From: an uncultured virus (IMG/VR IMGVR_UViG_3300024352_000021)
Taxonomy: Duplodnaviria; Heunggongvirae; Uroviricota; Caudoviricetes
Length of the DNA: 64,000 nucleotides
IMG/VR virus record: IMGVR_UViG_3300024352_000021
Strand: one strand, 5' to 3'
Of the stretch, positions 1-7,342 are shown piece by piece (positions within the stretch are counted from its first letter, which is position 1; every line of letters starts with the position of its first letter). The translations under genes were made by a program, and so were the position numbers. The notes below the pieces were generated by a model, which was not told the DNA's origin, searched no databases, and was given only the letters and a program-made list of their open reading frames with translations.

Positions 1-98
1 GAGTTTCGCCGCACTGACCCCGTGACAGTGGTGATGGGGTAGTACCAGTTGAGGTCCCACCCCATCACCACTGTCACGGGGTCAGTGCGGCGAAACTC
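1..98. repeat. Perfect 40-bp inverted repeat (1-40 / 59-98) at window start; probable fold-back artefact
   Basis: 1-40 is the exact reverse complement of 59-98 with an 18-nt loop; it interrupts the primase-helicase reading frame. Confidence 0.9.
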
Positions 99-1541
99 CA
101 GATCCCGCATCTGCTGCTGAACCTGAACCTCGGACTGGTCGCCATTAAGGATCAACACAGATCCCGCCTGCACTGGAACGAGATCGCCGCGCACAGAGAA
201 CGGAATCCCCCGCGCCACGTGCTTAGCGATGGTCCACGCGGACATGGATTTGCCATCCCCACCAGCGCCGTGAATCATCACGGTTCCAGGGCAAGGCAAC
301 AGATCCGGGATCAGGTACTCAAAGTTGAGGTCCTTGTCGAGCAGATGAGACATGGCCATCTCGTCATCTTGCTGCTCAAACTGCATCTGAGCGATCAGCA
401 ACCGCTCCAGAGCCCCAGCGTCCCGGTAGCCAGCTTCGAGCGCCAACACGTTCATCGCGTGCGCAGCTTCAGCCGGGTTTTGAATCTGCTGGATCTCTTT
501 CGCCCGGCGAATCACCTCGGCGTAGGTGATGACGACTTGCCGAATCCGGGTGACGTTATCGGCCTCAACGGCCATAACAACTTTTCGCAAACCGGGTGAA
601 AGCCACATGCGCCCCGGCATCTGCTCATCAGCCATCCAGAACAGGGTTCCGAGGCTTACAGGCCCTTTGCGAAAACTTTTCCAGACCTCTTCACAGGGAT
701 TGTGGTTTGAATCTCCCCACTCCTCTGCGTACTCAGGATCATCGGCAGACCATGCCGACCACAACATCAAGCCAAGATCATTCGGCAACTCCGAGTGGAT
801 CGCCATCCCCACCTTGACCCAGTGATCGCGGCTACCACTGCCCTGCCCAGGAATAACTCGCAAGGCGGATTGAATGATCTCGGCAACCTCAGCTGGGTCT
901 CGATCTGAGAAATCAAGAGATTTACGGTTTTTGATAAAGCCGCCGTCTTGAACGTCCTTTCCGGCTGCATCCCGCATCTCCGCAAGCAGCCATTCAGGAG
1001 CATCAGGAATGACATCCAGATCGCCTTCAAAGCCGTACTGACCAGCTGGAGCCTTCCCATCACTGGAGCCCGGATAAGCGCCATAGAGGACGCCCTGACG
1101 GCCCCAGAGCACCTCATACCCAGCGCCGGTATCCGACAACCCAAAACCCTTCACCGAGGCCCACAGAGCCTCTGGGACGCGAAAGAGATACTTAGCGGCG
1201 TTGGCTTTGGTCGACGTGATGACTGGAGCACCTTCCAGCGACTCGCCCCACTTCTTTTTGAGACGACTGAGATTGCGATCCACATCAAGGATCACAAGCC
1301 CGCCACTACGGGCACCAGTGAACGCCCCCACCGCCTGGAACACATCAGGCTTGCGCTCAATCTGCAGCGCCACATCCGAAGGCGCCATCACCGTGTGATG
1401 ACTGCGCTCTAAGGGCGTCTTGCCCTTGCTGATTTTCCCGGACTGGATCGCCTTGCCCTTGGCGTAAATCGGGGCATAAGCGATTCCTGCAGGCAGCTGG
1501 CGCACAAACGCCAACAGCTCCTGCGTCTTACTTTGAGACAT
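41..1541 (-). CDS. Primase-polymerase/PriCT-2/AAA helicase, copy 1 (3' truncated)
   Basis: ATG at 1541 (MSQSKTQELLAFVRQLP); colinear with 45945-48362 including the GDGKS Walker A; runs off the window. Confidence 0.85.
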
Positions 1542-1681
1542 GCTAGACTCTCACACGAGAATGTTCATCACGCCCTACAGCCTTCTGGCCGTAGGGCGTT
1601 TTCTCATGCTAGCCAGCTCGTCAATCCCGTGTTACTGTATTAGACGTTGCCCTCGGGCGACCACCAAAACGCACCAAACAA

Positions 1682-2263
1682 ATGCCTTTCCTGTCCAAAA
1701 CCGCTTCGGCCGCAGTCAGCTCTAATGCCACAGGCGGCGGATACCTCAGCCTTAGCAAACTGCCCGATGGCGGCAGCGTCCGCTTCGCCCTACTCACTGA
1801 CGAACCTCTGGAGTTCTACGAATCCTGGGGCCAGTCCAACGGAGCTTCTAAACCCTTCCGCTTTGAATACGAGCCAACTTACGAAGATGTCGTGGCTGAA
1901 ATGGGCGATTTCGAGCCCCGAGAAGGCCGAGGAGGCCCCGGAACAGCCGACGTAAAGTTTGCCATCGCTGTCCCTATTTATTCATACGACACGGGTAAAG
2001 TTCAGGTTCTGCAAATCACTCAAAAGTCCATTCTTAAGGAGATTGATTCTATCTCCCAGATGGAAGATTACTCTGATTTGCTTAACTGGGATTTCACAAT
2101 CAGCAAGAAAGGTTCAGGTCTTTTGACCGAATATACGGTTCGTCCTGTACCTCGTAAGAAAGGTTCGCAAGAACACATTGACGCGGCTTGGCTTGAGGCT
2201 AAAGCCGAGGGCTTCGACATTTCGCGCCTACTCACAGGCGGGAACCCTTTCAAGGCCGCTTAA
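1682..2263 (+). CDS. Putative ssDNA-binding/recombination protein
   Basis: 193 aa; lies between primase and exonuclease; strongly conserved in the copy at 48504; function inferred from context. Confidence 0.55.
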   Translation: MPFLSKTASAAVSSNATGGGYLSLSKLPDGGSVRFALLTDEPLEFYESWGQSNGASKPFRFEYEPTYEDVVAEMGDFEPREGRGGPGTADVKFAIAVPIYSYDTGKVQVLQITQKSILKEIDSISQMEDYSDLLNWDFTISKKGSGLLTEYTVRPVPRKKGSQEHIDAAWLEAKAEGFDISRLLTGGNPFKAA

Positions 2264-2329
2264 GTCGGTATAGTGGTTGGGCAGCGGTGCTTACAACACC
2301 CTGCCCACGACCAACCGCACTACCGGCTG

Positions 2330-2842
2330 ATGGCACGAGCTTATCGCTTGCTCCCTAGCGCAGAACTGCTTTGGGAGCTTTTCGAGTACAGACCCTTGAC
2401 CGGCGAACTCGTGTGGCGCAAAGCCCCGAGCAACCGTGTTCGAGTTGGCTCAACAACAGGTTCAACCCACATGCAGGGGTATGTATCGACACGCTTAAAC
2501 GGAACTAGCTACCTGACGCATCGCCTTGTGTGGCTCTGGTTGCACGGCGAAGATCCCAAAAATTTTCAAGTGGATCACATCGACGGCAATCGGTTGAACA
2601 ACACGTGGAGCAATCTGCGTCTTGCTACTGCCTCACAGAACGCTTTCAACAGCAAGACACGCAAGCACAACACATCAAAGGTCAAAGGTGTTCGCCTAAT
2701 GCCTAACGGGCGCTTTCAAGCACGTATCCGAAAAGCCGGTGTTACCCACCACCTCGGAACTTTTGACACTGCCGAGCAAGCTGCACTGGCCTACGAAAAA
2801 GCCGCCGTGCAGTTGCACGGGGAATTTTCTCGTGTAAGGTAA
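2330..2842 (+). CDS. HNH homing endonuclease with AP2-like C-terminus
   Basis: HRLVW..VDHIDGNRLNNTWSNL motif; C-terminal HLGTFDTAEQAALAY. Confidence 0.9.
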   Translation: MARAYRLLPSAELLWELFEYRPLTGELVWRKAPSNRVRVGSTTGSTHMQGYVSTRLNGTSYLTHRLVWLWLHGEDPKNFQVDHIDGNRLNNTWSNLRLATASQNAFNSKTRKHNTSKVKGVRLMPNGRFQARIRKAGVTHHLGTFDTAEQAALAYEKAAVQLHGEFSRVR

Positions 2843-2862
2843 ATTCGGGAAAAAGTAACTAA

Positions 2863-3705
2863 ATGGCCTCCAACACCCAAGACACGCTGGCAGGACTGCG
2901 TAAATGGAGGCTGGAACAAGACAATTCAGGCCCCTTCCGGGTCTACCGAGACATTAACGGTAATATCTACCATAGTGTTACACACATCCTAAAGGAAACA
3001 AGCGACAAAACCGGATTGGAACGCTGGGAAGCTCGCCTGGGACCCGTTGAGGCAAGTTGCCAGCGGAATGTTGCAGCAACCCGAGGCAACATGGCCCACG
3101 GTCAAGCGGAATACCTATTGAAAACGGCAATGCAGCTGGCACGATCCACTGCAAACAAGCGCAACTCCATCCGCTGGGACGAACAGGGATTGGCACGCAT
3201 CCCGGCCCCCATCACGCAATGGGCATTGAAGAGGGTCCGGCCAAATGTTCCAAGGGTTGGCTGGAGCGCATCAGGCTACGCCCGAGGCTTATCCGACTGG
3301 ATCGCCGAGAACGTCACCGAAATTTTTGCCAGCGAATTTTCCATTCACCACCCCGCCGGCTTCGCCGGCACTTGTGACGCATTGGTGGGAATGAAGAATA
3401 ACGAGCTGGTACTAGCGGACTGGAAAACCAGCGTGGGCCGCAAAACCAAGCTCGACGATGAAGGACTGGAACGCCTCCCGCCGGGCCATTCCTATATCGA
3501 TCAGTGCGGTGCCTACAGCCTCGGCCTCACCCACCTCACCGGCCTCAAACCAACTGGAGCAGCCATCGTATTGGCACGCCGCTGCGGCAACCCCAACATT
3601 CACACGATGACTAGGGCAGAACTAGACGACGCTGAAAAGTCATTCATGGCCAGGGTGGAGCTTTACTTCGACCAGCTGCAAAACGCCATTCATGTCTCGG
3701 CCTAA
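2863..3705 (+). CDS. PD-(D/E)XK exonuclease
   Basis: HSVTHIL, FAGTCD, ADWKTS and Q..AY motifs. Confidence 0.8.
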   Translation: MASNTQDTLAGLRKWRLEQDNSGPFRVYRDINGNIYHSVTHILKETSDKTGLERWEARLGPVEASCQRNVAATRGNMAHGQAEYLLKTAMQLARSTANKRNSIRWDEQGLARIPAPITQWALKRVRPNVPRVGWSASGYARGLSDWIAENVTEIFASEFSIHHPAGFAGTCDALVGMKNNELVLADWKTSVGRKTKLDDEGLERLPPGHSYIDQCGAYSLGLTHLTGLKPTGAAIVLARRCGNPNIHTMTRAELDDAEKSFMARVELYFDQLQNAIHVSA

Positions 3706-3762
3706 CGGCCTCGACGAAAAGCCATTCATAACTGCCATTCATGTATTGTTTCGGCCATTCAT
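3685..3762 (+). repeat. GCCATTCAT direct repeats x4
   Basis: Copies at 3685, 3721, 3734 and 3754; similar cluster at 50532-50637. Confidence 0.9.
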
Positions 3763-3973
3763 AGCCTCAATACCTGGTACGTATTGGTACTTTTGCCGAT
3801 ACCTGTAGGCGCCCGATCCTCCCACGGTGGGAGGTCTGCTGGTGCTCAGCCCTCCGGGCTTCGCACACTGCGTCTCATGAGTCTCACTGAGAAGGGGAAT
3901 GAGAATCATTCTCAAGGCAAGGACAGCAGAAAGGCTCCCATGGTGGGAGCCCGTTAGGTCAACTGGAGCGTGC

Positions 3974-4396
3974 TCACCCCTGCGGGGTTCGCACTTTTCT
4001 AGAGGGCTGAGCTTTTCCCGCATCGCTCCGCTTTTTCCGGGGGGATCCGGAAGATGCTTTGACCCTCACAGCTGGAGCGGCTGGAGCTTTTTCTGGTGTG
4101 CGCGGAAAAAGTCCCGTAGCTTGTGGAAAACAATCAGCGGGAATGTCAGCCCCGCCATTGATGCGCTGGCAGTCTCGCCAGTACGGGATCAGCTCCCGGA
4201 ATAGTTGGAGCGGGCCTTCTTTACCGTGCTGTTGCTGGAGCGTTAAAAGGTCAGCCCAGTCCGAAGCCTCGATGCTGGAGCGTTCAATGGCCCATCGCAG
4301 ATCGCGTAGGTGGCGCTTCTCAAGGCGCAGCTGTTCGCGCTCAGCCTCTCGGCTCTCGCGCTGGCGTCCCTTGGTGGTCCACTCACCCCCGGTCAT
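3974..4396 (-). CDS. Hypothetical protein with basic C-terminal RKKRSDAGK motif
   Basis: Homolog at 50790-51185. Confidence 0.75.
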   Translation of the reverse strand: MTGGEWTTKGRQRESREAEREQLRLEKRHLRDLRWAIERSSIEASDWADLLTLQQQHGKEGPLQLFRELIPYWRDCQRINGGADIPADCFPQATGLFPRTPEKAPAAPAVRVKASSGSPRKKRSDAGKAQPSRKVRTPQG

Positions 4397-4665
4397 TCTT
4401 GGGGCTCCGCGTAGGCCGACTCGATGCGAGCACCGCAGCAGTCACAGTAGAGGGCTGGATCTTCCCAGTTAGCCTCAACCGCCACCAGACCCCAGCCGTC
4501 TGTGCCGGTTGTGGTTGCGATTGATTCGCGCTCAGCGCTGGCGCACCTATGGCAGCAGGCGCCGCCATCGTGAAAGATGCCAAACAGCGGGTAACCGCCT
4601 GGCCAAGCGTACGGGCTGGCACTGAGCTGATCAGCAAGCCGTAGGCTGCGAGATTGTGTGGTCAT
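4393..4665 (-). CDS. Hypothetical Cys-rich (Zn-binding) protein
   Basis: YAWPGGYP plus two CxxC pairs; overlaps the next gene's start. Confidence 0.7.
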   Translation of the reverse strand: MTTQSRSLRLADQLSASPYAWPGGYPLFGIFHDGGACCHRCASAERESIATTTGTDGWGLVAVEANWEDPALYCDCCGARIESAYAEPQE

Positions 4666-4810
4666 GGTGCCCTATGGGTGAGGGTTACCCTCTAACACTA
4701 CCACCAAGGGCAAGCGGCGCCGACCGTTTGAAGAAGTGTAACAGTAGGGAGGGTTATGGCTGGCGCTGGAGCGATGATGGGGGCTGAACACCTAGGGAGA
4801 CAATCCCACC

Positions 4811-5665
4811 ATGGCAACCACACCCAAGGCCAGCCCCGCTCTGCTGGAGCGTATTGATCGTCTCGCCGGATGCTCCGGCCACTGGCTGCTAATTCGAGAT
4901 GGCGAACCCGAGCGCGATGGTTTCGGCTCTTGGCACCAAAGCCCGGAGCGCCATCTCGAAACCTGCCTAGCCGAGCACTGGCGCGACGTGTCTCTCGGTT
5001 TCGTGCCCACCTATTGCGGCTGGAGCGATTACGCGAGCACCGGCCTTGTGGGTAAGGCTAATTACAACGTGCTCATCGATCCCTCCAGCACGCCGGACCC
5101 GCTCGGTGGAATCCTCACCGTTGGTTACGGCTGGAACGGTTCCGGCGTTGTGCTCGATCTGTTGCGGGTTTCTGCTGACGTGCTGGAGACTGTTGAAGCG
5201 CTGGAGTCCTACCCGCTGATCAGTGAAGACGAGCACTCCAGCTTGGAGCTGGAGGAGATTGAACGGGCTTGGCAAGACTCCTACGCGTCAGACTGGCGCG
5301 ATCTCGTGCGAGATCAGCTGGCCGCATACTGCCCAACCGACGTGCTGGAGCGTAACGCTTACGGCCCGAGCACCGCTAAGTTCTGGGCTGATGACCAGCT
5401 GGACTCACTGTTTGAAGACAAGCTGGAACGGGAACTGCAGGAACTGTTCCAGCTTTGCCTGGAGTGGAGCGGTGAAGGTTGGGTAGTGGAGGATCTCAGT
5501 AGCGGCGCGTATCTCAAGCTTGAGAAGGTTGCACGCGGAATCGACCGCTCAGACCTAGTGGCGCTCACTGGCTTGGCACTGCTGCCAGCGGATCATGAGT
5601 GGCGCCGGGAGTCCTACCCCTGGCCGGATGGTTCCGGCGGTGCTCTGGCTCCCGCGCTTGCCTAG
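4811..5665 (+). CDS. Acidic hypothetical protein (early region)
   Basis: 284 aa; near-identical copy at 51555-52409. Confidence 0.8.
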   Translation: MATTPKASPALLERIDRLAGCSGHWLLIRDGEPERDGFGSWHQSPERHLETCLAEHWRDVSLGFVPTYCGWSDYASTGLVGKANYNVLIDPSSTPDPLGGILTVGYGWNGSGVVLDLLRVSADVLETVEALESYPLISEDEHSSLELEEIERAWQDSYASDWRDLVRDQLAAYCPTDVLERNAYGPSTAKFWADDQLDSLFEDKLERELQELFQLCLEWSGEGWVVEDLSSGAYLKLEKVARGIDRSDLVALTGLALLPADHEWRRESYPWPDGSGGALAPALA

Positions 5666-5718
5666 TGGCGCGATCTGCTGTAATGTATTTCACGAGACCC
5701 AACCCATAGGCTCACACG

Positions 5719-6372
5719 ATGACTCGCTACACCACCGAACAGCTGGCGTCCTTCCCCTGGATCGTCAGCACTGACACGTTGCGCACCGATCACTTGGCGG
5801 ATGCCTACCTTGGCGCTTTTGACCGCTTGGAGCAAGACATACCGGAACCGTTCCGCTCAGATCTGCAGCAATGCGCCGCTTACGCTTCGGACCTTACCGG
5901 CCCGGAACCGTGCGACGCCTGGGATGAGGCTACTGCCTGGGCTTTCGACCGCCTGAAAGATCTGGCGCCGACTGGTTTCTACTTTGGCGCGTCCGAAGGC
6001 GATGGCTCTTGTTTCGGATTCTGGTTGCAGGAAGAATGGGCAGAGTGCCTGGAGCATTGCGGCTTTGCTGCAGACTCTGACCCTGCGGCTTTGGTGCCGA
6101 TCATCTCTGAGCTGTGCAGTTCTGGCGTTGATCCCGATACCTACCAAGACTGCTACCAAGGCGAGGCAGAAGGCTACACCTCAGAACAGGCCGGGGCAGA
6201 TTACGCTCAGCAGTTGGCCGATGAGTTAGGACTGCCCCCCAAGCTTGACGGCGCCAGCTGGCCAATGAGTTGTATTGACTGGCAGGCTGCTTGGCGCGAA
6301 CTAGAGCTTGGCGATGCCTACTGGTTACAGCGTATTAACGGGAGCCAATGGGCAGTATTCCGGCCTTGCTAA
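5719..6372 (+). CDS. ArdA-like antirestriction (DNA mimic) protein
   Basis: Very acidic; C-terminal YQGE..DYAQQLADE..IDWQAAWRELELGDAY resembles the ArdA C-terminus. Confidence 0.5.
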   Translation: MTRYTTEQLASFPWIVSTDTLRTDHLADAYLGAFDRLEQDIPEPFRSDLQQCAAYASDLTGPEPCDAWDEATAWAFDRLKDLAPTGFYFGASEGDGSCFGFWLQEEWAECLEHCGFAADSDPAALVPIISELCSSGVDPDTYQDCYQGEAEGYTSEQAGADYAQQLADELGLPPKLDGASWPMSCIDWQAAWRELELGDAYWLQRINGSQWAVFRPC

Positions 6373-6393
6373 CTGGCGTTCTTACCGATCAAC

Positions 6394-6420
6394 GGCCCGG
6401 CCAGTAGGTCGGGCTTTTTT
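6394..6420 (+). terminator. Intrinsic terminator
   Basis: ggcccggcc-agta-ggtcgggct followed by a T run. Confidence 0.75.
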
Positions 6421-6488
6421 CGCGGCGCTCGCTACGCTCGCTTGCGAAACGTGAGACCAAAGAGGTTACCATAAGAGCACAGCAGTTT

Positions 6489-6953
6489 GTGACATTAACC
6501 GTGGAAGAATCCGCTTCCCACGAAGTAGAAAAGCCCACCACCGTCGCAAACGATGAGGCAAAGCGCTGGCGCGGTGGGCGCGGCCCTGCAGACAAGGTGG
6601 AAGAGCGCGTGAACTGGTGTTATGCGGAAATCTTGCGCGGTGGAACACGTCGCCAGGTGACCGCTCGCCTTACTGAACGCTTCGGAACGTCCCTGAGAAC
6701 GGCAGACTCTGACTATTCGCGTGCTTTGGAGCTTTTAAAGGTTGAGCAAAGTGCTACAAGGTCGGATCTGCTGAACCAAATACAAGCGCTCCGCCTTGCG
6801 ACGGTGAGAAAAGCCCTAGCGAAGGGTCAACTGCAGACCGTAGCAATGCTGCTCAAGGACATGGGCGCGGTGATTGGAGAGGCTGCACCAGAGCAACAGG
6901 CCGCCGCTGCACCCACGCTGAACATCACGGTGGAAGACAAGCGCCAGGGCTAG
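6489..6953 (+). CDS. Putative terminase small subunit (HTH)
   Basis: HTH-like helical protein upstream of terL; C-terminus AAAPTLNITVEDKRQG shared with 53076-53546. Confidence 0.6.
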   Translation: MTLTVEESASHEVEKPTTVANDEAKRWRGGRGPADKVEERVNWCYAEILRGGTRRQVTARLTERFGTSLRTADSDYSRALELLKVEQSATRSDLLNQIQALRLATVRKALAKGQLQTVAMLLKDMGAVIGEAAPEQQAAAAPTLNITVEDKRQG

Positions 6954-7007
6954 CCATCTGGCCGATAGTGTGCAACAATGGGAGGCAAGCTAACCCCGCT
7001 CCCCACC

Positions 7008-7151
7008 ATGGATCGCCTCCTTACCCTCGCCGCACTGCTCACCGCTTGCGGTGTGCTCGCGATGGGCGCCGACAATGCGAACCAGCTGGCACGCTGCGAG
7101 TCTGCCGGACGCTCCGCTGCCGAGTGCCGCCTGGTGGTGCTCGGTCGCTGA
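7008..7151 (+). CDS. Small membrane/secreted protein with two conserved Cys
   Basis: MDRLLTLAALLTACGVLAMGADNANQLARCESAGRSAAECRLVVLGR; homolog at 53598. Confidence 0.7.
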   Translation: MDRLLTLAALLTACGVLAMGADNANQLARCESAGRSAAECRLVVLGR

Positions 7152-7342
7152 TCCGCGCGGTTAATACCGCCAGCCGCCCCGGGACTGAGAATCATTCTCA
7201 CCCGGGGTAGGGTTCGGGATCGGCAAAGGGCAGGTGCGGCCCAGGGAACCTACTGACATATCCTCAATTTCTTCTTCTGTACTACACCGGGGGCAGGGTA
7301 GCGATTCCTGTAATACCCTAGAAAGTACCCATACCACCAAAA

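Noticed and set aside
1..98. Terminal hairpin as a telomere (protelomerase-type end)
   Set aside because: It cuts the primase-helicase mid-domain, has an 18-nt coding loop, and no protelomerase gene is seen; a fold-back library or assembly artefact is more likely.
3685..3762. CRISPR-like mini-array
   Set aside because: Repeats are only 9 bp with irregular 4-27 nt gaps, and there are no cas genes.
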